A model generated the notes under the pieces. It did no database searches. It was not told the DNA's origin and saw only the letters and a program-made list of their open reading frames with translations. A stretch of DNA of 39,298 bases from Candidatus Woesearchaeota archaeon (lineage in GTDB: Archaea > Nanobdellota > Nanobdellia > Pacearchaeales > GW2011-AR1). The stretch lies in assembly GCA_964444095.1 (NCBI GenBank), contig CAYUEW010000002.1:1-39298 (forward strand), read 5' to 3'. Below are positions 9,162-17,161 of this stretch, one piece after another (positions within the stretch are counted from its first letter, which is position 1; every line of letters begins with the position of its first letter). Made by a program: the position numbers and the translations under genes.

Positions 9162-10229
9162 TTAAGCATAAGGAACACAACAACAATAACTTTGAGGAGA
9201 AGAGCAATATTGGTCCCCTGTTGATTCACATGTACCACTACAAGACCCCCCACAATTTAGTGCACAACTTGAGAGAGAATCATCGTAACCCAAAGAAGCA
9301 CAAAGACTCTTACAAGAATCAACAGTAATAATTAAACTACATCCTCCAACACCATCTGATTCATATCCTGCAGAACATGTACAATCTTCTTGACAATTAG
9401 AACCCCCGTCACAATCTTCTCCAGAATCAAGTTCTCCATTTCCACAAAGGAGGACACAAGTTCCGGTAATACACTCTTCTGTGGTAAGGCAAATTCCACA
9501 ATTTTCTCCACAGATTGTTCCACACTCATATCCTGTGTCTGTACAAGTATCTAGGCATTCTTCGACACATTGTCCTTCTCCATCACATTCTTCTCCTTCT
9601 ACAGAACAATCTGGGCAATCTATGTTTCCAATACAACCATCTGACCAAGTTCCACATTCATATCCTAAACTCACACAAGTTCCAGGTACACATGTTTCCC
9701 AAGAACTCAAAACTTCTTCAATTCGTGCACCCCCACAACTTGCAAATCTTGTTTTTCCTTCTATATCTTGAAATCGAACAGGAATAATCTCAACTTTGTA
9801 AATCGTTCCAACATCTGTGAAAACTGTTTTCATTACTTCGTTAGGAGCTAATGCATTTTCTCCAGCTAAAAATATAATTGAATGGCTATACTTTATCCAA
9901 GAAGAATCTTCAGAAAGACTTTCGCTTAAATCCTCTGTGGCAAGCTCTTGGTCCTCGTCAATTGTTGCATGTATAAAATATCCTGCGACACTGAATAGTC
10001 CATTATTTTTTATTGTAATGTTTAAGTTATCTGTATCACTATTATATGTCGCTTCTTGCATGAATACTGAAACGCCGTCAGGACATTCAATTGCATCCTT
10101 TGGAACATATGTCTTGATGAGTTGATAAACAACCATGCTCATAACTAAAGCAATTCCTACTAACAACACATATCCAATCATAATGCTCAATCCTTTTTTA
10201 TCCTGTAACAATGTATTTTTCTCCTTCAA
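9162..10229 (-). CDS. Type IV pilin N-domain fused to a C-terminal cysteine-rich module
   Basis: The N-terminus is DKKG/LSIMIGYVLLVGIALVMSMVVYQ. The C-terminal ~180 aa contain dozens of Cys in CxxC/CxC/CG patterns, including LCGNGELDSGEDCDGGSNCQEDC, which resembles the CGxGxxxxGEECD cysteine-rich repeat. Confidence 0.65.
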   Translation of the reverse strand: MKEKNTLLQDKKGLSIMIGYVLLVGIALVMSMVVYQLIKTYVPKDAIECPDGVSVFMQEATYNSDTDNLNITIKNNGLFSVAGYFIHATIDEDQELATEDLSESLSEDSSWIKYSHSIIFLAGENALAPNEVMKTVFTDVGTIYKVEIIPVRFQDIEGKTRFASCGGARIEEVLSSWETCVPGTCVSLGYECGTWSDGCIGNIDCPDCSVEGEECDGEGQCVEECLDTCTDTGYECGTICGENCGICLTTEECITGTCVLLCGNGELDSGEDCDGGSNCQEDCTCSAGYESDGVGGCSLIITVDSCKSLCASLGYDDSLSSCALNCGGSCSGTCESTGDQYCSSPQSYCCCVPYA

Positions 10230-10710
10230 TTTCTTGAGAAACTATAAAATAAAAATTTTCCCCTGCTTCCAAATCAAATTGATATTCCACATCTTCAATC
10301 ATAACAATAACCTGGCTTCCAGAAGGCGTGTGCGTTTTTTCACCTTCTCCTCCAGTTATAGTCATGCTCTGTCCATCAATAGAAATACTTTCTGCAACTT
10401 CTTGATATGCCTTCATTGTTAAACTTTCGGAATCCCCGAAGAGAAAATATAAATTTTTACCTGCTCCTGCATAATCCACATAACTTTCCACAAACTGTTT
10501 TAAAAGAACATTTATTGCTGTTTCATCTAAAGAATTATATGTGCCATATTTAATAATATTCTGACTCTCAATTTGTAATTCTTCTTTTAAGTCATAGATT
10601 TTCACAGAGCCCTTTTTATTAGAATAATTTGAGACAGTTATAAATCCAACAATAATTGTAACAATGATAATTGCTGATAACAAATAGAACTGTCCTTTTT
10701 TCCCTCTCAT
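10198..10710 (-). CDS. Type IV pilin-like protein
   Basis: MRGKKG/QFYLLSAIIIVTIIVGFITV is a class III-type signal. This is the first gene of the minus-strand pilin run and overlaps the next gene by 32 nt. Confidence 0.5.
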   Translation of the reverse strand: MRGKKGQFYLLSAIIIVTIIVGFITVSNYSNKKGSVKIYDLKEELQIESQNIIKYGTYNSLDETAINVLLKQFVESYVDYAGAGKNLYFLFGDSESLTMKAYQEVAESISIDGQSMTITGGEGEKTHTPSGSQVIVMIEDVEYQFDLEAGENFYFIVSQEIEGEKYIVTG

Positions 10711-10756
10711 ATGTTAAAAAGAAGAAAATACTTTATTAATTTAATGTTTAATCAGT

Positions 10757-11014
10757 GTAGACTCAGAGGGTTGCTCAAAGATTGCTAAAAAGCTACCTTT
10801 CTTCTTTCTCAATTCTGCGACCTGTCAAGCATCTGAACAAATGTTTAGGGCTGCTCCGATCAAGGTCTGACCCGTTTCGCAAATGCAAGATCAAAACAGA
10901 CAGAACGTCAACGTCCGAACAAAGACTCCTTAACGCGCTTATCACGTCCCTCCTTGCAGTCTGCCTAAAGCCCGTTTGCAAATGGCAGAGGGCTAACCTG
11001 CCAACCTAGTCTAC
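10757..11014 (-). ncRNA. Candidate signal recognition particle RNA (7S/SRP RNA)
   Basis: A GC-enriched ~260 nt island with no convincing ORF. On the minus strand GGTCAGACC..GGAGCAGCC parallels the 4.5S/7S helix-8 core GGUCAGGUCC-GGAA-GGAAGCAGCC. The 5'/3' ends pair (GTAGACT/AGTCTAC). Two 5' hairpins have complementary loops (AGCCC vs GGGCT), as in an Alu domain. A helix-6-like hairpin reads GGACG-TTGA-CGTTC. Confidence 0.6.
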
Positions 11015-11044
11015 AAAATCATTAGAAATAAAGAGTTTTTAAGT

Positions 11045-11716
11045 TTATCTCCTCGCCATGAGTCCAATCAATATCCCGAGCAAAACAATTCCCAAAAGTC
11101 CGAAAAGAATAAACACATAATCTGAAGATTTTTCTACAAATACATTTTCTTCAATTTCACACCCTGTAATTTCATTTGGTTTATTGTAAGAATAATCACA
11201 ATGATTTGCGTCATAACAATCTCGGTTCATCACACCAATTTCACAAGCACTCCAATCTCCGCACTTCCAATTTGGTTCGCAATAATCTTTTGAGTGAGAG
11301 GAACTTTCATCATCGTCATCATCTTCGTCTTCTATCGGATTGATTATTACGGGAGAAAAAGCAGAATAAACAAAATAATCTTTGTAGCTTGTAGTTAATT
11401 CACCAAGAGCATTTCTTGCTGAAATGTAATAATTTATTTCTTTACCGACATAAGCGTCCATTAATTCTGGTGAAAGTGTTTTACAATATAAATCTCCTTC
11501 TTCATACATTAGCAATCCCCAATTCCACAAGGGTTCTGTAACACGTAGATTAATTCTTACTAAAACAATATCAGAAACATTGTCACTCACGTTTGCACAA
11601 ATTACAACATCTTTAGATACAAGGGTTTCTCCAATTGTAATATCTTGAATTATTGGGACAGCAGATACAAGACTAATAAAAAGAATCCCTATTAAAATCA
11701 GCATACATTTTTTCAT
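11045..11716 (-). CDS. Secreted, C-terminally membrane-anchored surface protein with Cys/Trp-rich module
   Basis: The signal peptide is MKKCMLILIGILFISLVSA. An acidic linker (DEDDDDDESSS) follows. A Cys-rich module reads CEPNWKCGDWSACEIGVMNRDCYDANHCDY. The C-terminus is a TM helix ending in ARR. Confidence 0.6.
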   Translation of the reverse strand: MKKCMLILIGILFISLVSAVPIIQDITIGETLVSKDVVICANVSDNVSDIVLVRINLRVTEPLWNWGLLMYEEGDLYCKTLSPELMDAYVGKEINYYISARNALGELTTSYKDYFVYSAFSPVIINPIEDEDDDDDESSSHSKDYCEPNWKCGDWSACEIGVMNRDCYDANHCDYSYNKPNEITGCEIEENVFVEKSSDYVFILFGLLGIVLLGILIGLMARR

Positions 11717-11858
11717 TTTGAGTTATATCTTTTTTCATTAAATTAAGTTGTTCTCTTTTTTGTCTATGGTGTTCTCCCATTTGATAATGTCTTTGTGCAG
11801 CTTCATTCATCCAAGGGGGTGCTTTTATTGAAGGCTCTTTTTGATACTTTGGTTTCAT
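11673..11858 (-). CDS. Small basic His/Gln-rich ORF (uncertain)
   Basis: 61 aa. Its start forms an ATGA overlap with the stop of the upstream gene at 11855-11858. Its 3' end overlaps the next gene by 44 nt. There are no recognisable motifs. Confidence 0.3.
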   Translation of the reverse strand: MKPKYQKEPSIKAPPWMNEAAQRHYQMGEHHRQKREQLNLMKKDITQNEKMYADFNRDSFY

Positions 11859-12688
11859 TCTGCTTTCTCCTTCTTTTTATGTAAAAGAACAACTGTTCCA
11901 GCTATGAGAAATACTAATGCAATTCCTAGTCCAAGTCCCTTCGGAGTTTTAGCAAATCCAACAACTGCACCTAAAATTCCAGAGCCAGTTGACTCTTGGT
12001 TTTCATTCCCACCAATTAAATTTTCTTCCTCTTCTTCTATTTCTTCTTCTTGTTCATTAACTAATTCATTGGTTGTCGTTGTTGATGAACTGCTTGAACT
12101 GCTAGAGCTTGATGAAGAACTAGATGAACTGCTACTTGGTGGACTAACAGGAGGTTCGATGATTTCTATCTCACAATTAGAATAATCAATTTGACAACTT
12201 GAAGAACAAGAAATAGTGCCTGTCCATCCATCACCACAATCAGTAACTGCTCCAAAATTTATATCATCACATTCTTCCCCAAGTTGGATAGCCCCATCTC
12301 CACAAGTTTCACCAATAAGAGGTTTGAGAAGTGTTGTCAAATCTAATTCCTCGTTTATTCCCCAGTCAGACATTCCATCATAATCTCCATTTTGATTTGT
12401 TGGAATAGTATTAATATAAAATTTTACAATTCCAGTTGTTCCAAAACAGGGAGAAATATCAACTTCATAACTTCCATCAGAGACTTCGCCAATTCCAACA
12501 GTGTCTTCGCCAATCACAGCCCGAATTTCATAATCTCCAACTAAAACTTCTCCATGATAAAATACTTGTCCGAAATATGTCTTCGGTAAGCTCGGTGGAC
12601 AATTTACTGCAAGAACAAAATTACTACATAATAAAAGCAATACAGCGAATATGATTACCTTTCTCATATCACCAAATCTTTTCCCCAT
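11855..12688 (-). CDS. Secreted, C-terminally anchored surface protein with cysteine-rich repeat and poly-Ser/Thr stalk
   Basis: The signal peptide is ..VIIFAVLLLLCSNFVLA. The motif CGDGAIQLGEECDD..CGDGWTGTISCSSSC resembles the Myxococcus-type Cys-rich repeat. A run of about 20 Ser plus 4 Thr follows, then an acidic stretch and a C-terminal TM with a KKKEKAE tail. Confidence 0.65.
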   Translation of the reverse strand: MGKRFGDMRKVIIFAVLLLLCSNFVLAVNCPPSLPKTYFGQVFYHGEVLVGDYEIRAVIGEDTVGIGEVSDGSYEVDISPCFGTTGIVKFYINTIPTNQNGDYDGMSDWGINEELDLTTLLKPLIGETCGDGAIQLGEECDDINFGAVTDCGDGWTGTISCSSSCQIDYSNCEIEIIEPPVSPPSSSSSSSSSSSSSSSSSSTTTTNELVNEQEEEIEEEEENLIGGNENQESTGSGILGAVVGFAKTPKGLGLGIALVFLIAGTVVLLHKKKEKAE

Positions 12689-12757
12689 TTAAAAGAATTG
12701 TTATACCTCAAAGTATCTTATAAAAAACAAAAAAAGAAAAAGAAAAATAAAAAGGAA

Positions 12758-14653
12758 TTATAACACAGAATCTAATGCATCTTGTGAAGGTGTGTAAAGT
12801 GCAGTTTCTTCTGGTAAGAATTTAGCAGTCATCCAATAACCTTCTCCAGTTTGCATATCTCCTCCAACTGTTTCTGTATAAACAGAATCGTAGTAAAATA
12901 TACTACCTGAAACTAAACTGGTTAATGCATTTGTCACATTCAAATCTGTTAGGCCGTAATGTCCGATTAAATTCCATCCGTTTGCAACTTCAACGCTTAA
13001 TAAAGAACCGCCTATATCTGGAACAATACTTCCATAACCTTTCAAGGTATCAGCATTTTGCATCTTAACATAATAACCATATCCTGGAACAATATTTTTT
13101 AACCAATACGCTGATGTTCCAGTATCAAAACCTTCTTTGGGAACATTACAATTATCTATTCTATTTTTATGCCATATGTCTCCATATTGAAAGATAGTAT
13201 ACTCACTACCTTCACAATAAACATTTTCAGTTATATCTCCAAAGACAGAATCAACACTTGTGTCTTCTGGCATCATTGGAATTGAAATCAAGTTCCATCC
13301 TTCTGCCAAGTCAATCCACCAAGAATAAACACTAATTGTTACATCATAATACAAGATTGTAGTTCCATCTGTAGCTCTAATAACTACATTATGAATTCCT
13401 CTTTCACTATAGGGGATAAGTGCAGTTCCATCAATTTCACAATTTGTTCCTGTAAATCCAATAGTTACTTCTGCAATTACTTCTGAACTTGGAACAAGAC
13501 TACAATCTGTTAAAGTTAATCCTGTATCAAATTCTACATCTAAAACGTTTGGAGCAATTCCTAAAATTCCTGTTTCGCATTCGAAAGGTTCTGCTTCAGT
13601 TTCAATATCAGAGATTACAATAGCATCTTCGTCTTCTAAACTAAATGTTCCAATATTCCCTGCATTGTCTGTTACAATTAATGATACCTCATAATCTCCT
13701 TGTGAATTATATGTGTGAGTTGGGTTTGCCATATCACTAGTTTCGCTATCTCCGAAATCCCAAAGATATGATGCAATTCCACTACTCTCTTCTACAATAG
13801 TTGAATCAAAACTAACTTCCTCAAAAACAGTTAAGTCTCCACTAACTGTGAAACTTACTATAGGAGAAGTTCTATCAATTGTGAAAATTCCAGAGAATCC
13901 TCTATCGTCTCCTGCTGAAATCTTCAAGCAATAATCTCCTTCATTTAATCCAGAGATATCCCATGGATATACAGTAGAACTTGAACCAAAAATGTGATTA
14001 TCTATTGCATCACTCCAGCCATCTGTTCCAGCACAAGTTCCTTCCTTATATTGAAGAATATAAGTTGTAGCAGAACAATCATAACTCCATTCTATCTCTA
14101 AATTATCTTCATTAGTAGAAGAATCTGCTTCAGGATTCACAAAAATTACACAAGCTTCAGGAGAGTCAGTATCCACATAAATTATCAACTCATCTTCGAA
14201 CAAATAACTTTCTGGATTCCATGCAATCATTTTTTCTCCGTCATAATCATCGGCAAGAACTAACCAAATTTTTGCACCATTAGCAAAATTGTCATCCAAT
14301 TCACTTGGTAACATTGTACTAAGTTCTACATTTGTTTCGCTAACTTCTAAATTTCCAGTGCCATCAGTGATATATGTTCCAATAAATGCTCCGGGATTAC
14401 TTCCTGGCCACGGGTCAGCATAATAGATTAAAGAGTAATCTGTATCTTCTTCAAGTCCTGTTGCAGTAAGTGAATACACAAATTCAGAACCAACAGCATT
14501 GTAAGTTAACACACCGCTTATTCCATCACCAGAAATTACTTCCCAGGTAGTTGAATCTTTATTCTCAAGAGTTAAAGTAGTAGCACTCACAACACCAACC
14601 ATCATAACTAAAACACTTAACATTAATACACTTAATATTAAATTTTTTTTCAT
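12758..14653 (-). CDS. Large secreted protein with PKD domain
   Basis: The signal peptide is MKKNLILSVLMLSVLVMMVGVVSA. PKD-domain signatures are WDFGDSETSDMANPTHTYNSQGDYEVSLIVTDNAGN. A GGAGG Shine-Dalgarno sits upstream at about 14668 on the minus strand. Confidence 0.75.
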   Translation of the reverse strand: MKKNLILSVLMLSVLVMMVGVVSATTLTLENKDSTTWEVISGDGISGVLTYNAVGSEFVYSLTATGLEEDTDYSLIYYADPWPGSNPGAFIGTYITDGTGNLEVSETNVELSTMLPSELDDNFANGAKIWLVLADDYDGEKMIAWNPESYLFEDELIIYVDTDSPEACVIFVNPEADSSTNEDNLEIEWSYDCSATTYILQYKEGTCAGTDGWSDAIDNHIFGSSSTVYPWDISGLNEGDYCLKISAGDDRGFSGIFTIDRTSPIVSFTVSGDLTVFEEVSFDSTIVEESSGIASYLWDFGDSETSDMANPTHTYNSQGDYEVSLIVTDNAGNIGTFSLEDEDAIVISDIETEAEPFECETGILGIAPNVLDVEFDTGLTLTDCSLVPSSEVIAEVTIGFTGTNCEIDGTALIPYSERGIHNVVIRATDGTTILYYDVTISVYSWWIDLAEGWNLISIPMMPEDTSVDSVFGDITENVYCEGSEYTIFQYGDIWHKNRIDNCNVPKEGFDTGTSAYWLKNIVPGYGYYVKMQNADTLKGYGSIVPDIGGSLLSVEVANGWNLIGHYGLTDLNVTNALTSLVSGSIFYYDSVYTETVGGDMQTGEGYWMTAKFLPEETALYTPSQDALDSVL

Positions 14654-14873
14654 ATTTATTTTTTTAAACCTCCTTTCAATTCTATATTCCCTTTGCTAAA
14701 CAAAGAGGTCATACAATTTTTGTAATTGTTACACGTATAACTATAAACTGGCAAAGAATCAAACTCTTTCCTCATCACCATAATTCAACCAGAGGAAATT
14801 TCTTTAAAAGAATTATTGTCTTTCAAAATAGATTATCTTTTATTATTACTTAAATTAAAAGAATAAACTTATT

Positions 14874-15356
14874 TCAAAATTCCCATCTGATTCCAAGCTG
14901 ACTCAAGCTATAAGTTCCAAGAATATATTCTTCCCCATTTATATCAGAAACTGAAAAAGGGCTATCACTTACTTGGTGTGTGCACATATGTTTAGCATAT
15001 GCTTTGAAAGTTCCAAGTTCACAATCATAAATAACATTAATATCAAACCCGTATTCTTGTCTTGTTGGATTAATCCAATTAAAACCCAAAACTTCCTCAG
15101 GGGTTACATAAACTTTTTCTCTCCCACTAAAAGATATTTTCATACCATCTAATAATCCTTTTTTCACTGTTGCTTCTAATCCAGCCCCAACTTCTGCTGC
15201 AATCTGATTTCGAGTTACACTATCATCTACTCTTAGGGGCACATAAGCCACATCAATGCTCGCTGTGGGTTTTACAGAAATCGTCGAACATCCCAGCATA
15301 ATCCCTGTTAGTCCAATAAGCAAGCCTTTTTTCAGAAACCCGAATGCATCTTTCAT
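14874..15356 (-). CDS. Putative lipoprotein with beta-barrel-like alternating pattern
   Basis: A lipobox-like IMLG/C follows the hydrophobic leader. Amphipathic alternating strands follow (IDVAYVPL, KISFSGREKVYV, GFDINVIYD). The C-terminus is LSQLGIRWEF, aromatic-terminal with alternating hydrophobics. Confidence 0.55.
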   Translation of the reverse strand: MKDAFGFLKKGLLIGLTGIMLGCSTISVKPTASIDVAYVPLRVDDSVTRNQIAAEVGAGLEATVKKGLLDGMKISFSGREKVYVTPEEVLGFNWINPTRQEYGFDINVIYDCELGTFKAYAKHMCTHQVSDSPFSVSDINGEEYILGTYSLSQLGIRWEF

Positions 15357-15406
15357 AAAATTTTCTATAAACTCGTGGTTTAAATGAATTGTTGTCTTAT
15401 ATTTTA

Positions 15407-16147
15407 TTAATTATAAAGTTCCCACAAAACCAATTTCCCCTCTGCATCTCTCAAGAACAAAGTGTCTCCTGTGTCTGTCCAAACATATTCTTCTTCAAAA
15501 TCTTCAGCAGTGATGTCCACAATTTCCCCAGCACTTAAAACAATATTTTCAAAAACAAATTTCTTTCTGCCTTCATCTTTAATTTCCCAGTTTACAAGAG
15601 AGCAATTATAATCACAAATATTTTCGAAAATAACTGTCTGCCCTTCAAAGCTTCCCACAATAATACATTCCGCACAAACATCTTCAGATTTTTCACATAA
15701 GTTAATATTCTTTTCAAGACATTCTTCCCACGCATCCCTTAACTCTTTTTCGTACTTCTTATTATCTAAAATATAAACATTAGCTAAGCCCCAATGCACT
15801 AATTCAATGTTGATATTTGTGTTACTAATAAAAACAAACGCCAATGTTCTTTGATATAAATCGTATTTTGGTATCCCATATTCTAATCTAATGCTCTTGT
15901 TTGAAATCAGACCTTCCAAAAGCACCTTTGCTTCTTCATAATACTTCTCTCCTTTTTCAGGAGAATTAATCCCCAACAATCTCACAGACTCGTTGCCTAC
16001 AACAATTGTGTCTCCGTCAATTACTCGCTCAACTTCAAAATATTCTTGTTCATCAAGAAAGGTAATTACTAAATTATCCAAAAAAGAATAATTAATTACA
16101 AAAAGGAGCACAATCGCAAAAATAAGAATAATCTTTTCTTTATTCAT
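15407..16147 (-). CDS. Membrane-anchored/secreted thermonuclease (SNase) fused to lamin-tail-like domain
   Basis: There is an N-terminal TM/signal. The SNase core reads VIDGDTIVVGNESVRLLGINSPEKGEKYYEEAK..YQRTLAFVF. The C-terminal segment NCSLVNWEIKDEGRKKFVFENIVLSAGEIVDIT is LTD-like. Confidence 0.75.
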   Translation of the reverse strand: MNKEKIILIFAIVLLFVINYSFLDNLVITFLDEQEYFEVERVIDGDTIVVGNESVRLLGINSPEKGEKYYEEAKVLLEGLISNKSIRLEYGIPKYDLYQRTLAFVFISNTNINIELVHWGLANVYILDNKKYEKELRDAWEECLEKNINLCEKSEDVCAECIIVGSFEGQTVIFENICDYNCSLVNWEIKDEGRKKFVFENIVLSAGEIVDITAEDFEEEYVWTDTGDTLFLRDAEGKLVLWELYN

Positions 16148-16183
16148 ACACTAGAGCACAGAAATAGTTTTAAATAAATTATC

Positions 16184-17161
16184 ATGTTCTATTTTATGGA
16201 GGGGATGATTTTATTAGCAGACCCAAATTCCAAGGCGTGGGGATTTGCCAAGAAAATTCAAGAATATATTTTAAGCGAAAAAAATACATATATTCGTTTA
16301 GAAGCTGTTTCTATAAGTTATTTTAGAAATGGAGAAATAAGTGTGCATGTCCCAGAGAATGTGAGAAAAAAAGAAGTTTATTTTATACATGATTCTACAA
16401 AAAACCCCCAAGAATGGTGGGTCGAACTTCTTTTGTTAAAAGATTTACTTTTGAGTTCCTCTGCAGAGAGTGTTAGTTTTATTTTACCAAATATGCTTTA
16501 TAGTCGTCAGGATAGGAAAGTGATGCCCCATGTTCCTATTTCTGCTAGAGCATTAGCAAAATCACTTTCTACTGGAATAAAAAGAATAATCACAATGGAT
16601 TTGCATGCGCCCCAAGTGCAGGGATTTTATCCAGAGACAATGCCCCTAGACAATCTTTACAGTTTTGCAGCGTTAGTTAAATATTTGAAGGAGACAAAAG
16701 ATGGGATAGATGACTTGAAAAAATTAGTAATCCTTTCACCAGATGCCGGAGGAGTCAACAGAGCAAAAGCATTTGCACAAAGATTGGAGTCAGAATATCC
16801 TGTCGCATTTATAGAAAAGAGACGAGTTAAAGCAGGAGAAGTAGAAGATATGCGTCTTGCAGGAGATGTGAACGGAAAAGATGTGTTGATTGTAGATGAT
16901 ATTATTGATTCTGGGAAGACTCTTTGTAAAGCGGCAGAATTATTAAAAGAGAATGGAGCAAGAAGATTGCTTTGTTACGGTACGCACGGAATTTTTACAT
17001 TGGGCACTGAAGATTTATGCAGATGTTTTGAAAGAGTTATGACAAGCAACACCCACAACCAAAAAAGAGAAGGGGTAGAGTCAATCGATGTGAGCTCTGT
17101 TTTCGCAGAAGCAATTTATCGTGCACAAAAAGGAGAATCTATTTCTAAATTATTTGAATGA
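16184..17161 (+). CDS. prs: Ribose-phosphate pyrophosphokinase (PRPP synthetase)
   Basis: Motifs are YSRQDRK, DLHAPQVQGFY and the PRPP-binding loop VLIVDDIIDSGKTL. The true start is possibly an internal Met (MEGMILLA). Confidence 0.85.
   Translation: MFYFMEGMILLADPNSKAWGFAKKIQEYILSEKNTYIRLEAVSISYFRNGEISVHVPENVRKKEVYFIHDSTKNPQEWWVELLLLKDLLLSSSAESVSFILPNMLYSRQDRKVMPHVPISARALAKSLSTGIKRIITMDLHAPQVQGFYPETMPLDNLYSFAALVKYLKETKDGIDDLKKLVILSPDAGGVNRAKAFAQRLESEYPVAFIEKRRVKAGEVEDMRLAGDVNGKDVLIVDDIIDSGKTLCKAAELLKENGARRLLCYGTHGIFTLGTEDLCRCFERVMTSNTHNQKREGVESIDVSSVFAEAIYRAQKGESISKLFE

Noticed and set aside
9332-10125. Cluster of long ORFs on both strands (9332-9529, 9481-9771, 9515-9787, 9817-10125)
   Set aside because: They are shadow frames of the Cys-rich pilin gene. 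The biased TGT/TGC/GAA codon content keeps the alternative frames open, and their translations are His/Ser/Pro-rich nonsense.
10782-11009. ORFs 10782-11009 (+) and 10793-10981 (-)
   Set aside because: They overlap the GC-rich structured segment that is better explained as SRP RNA. They are Arg/Ser-rich, have no Shine-Dalgarno, and sit on both strands of the same island.
11841-12185. Plus-strand 114-aa ORF
   Set aside because: It is antisense to the poly-Ser/acidic stalk of the surface protein. Its open frame is a by-product of the repetitive codons.
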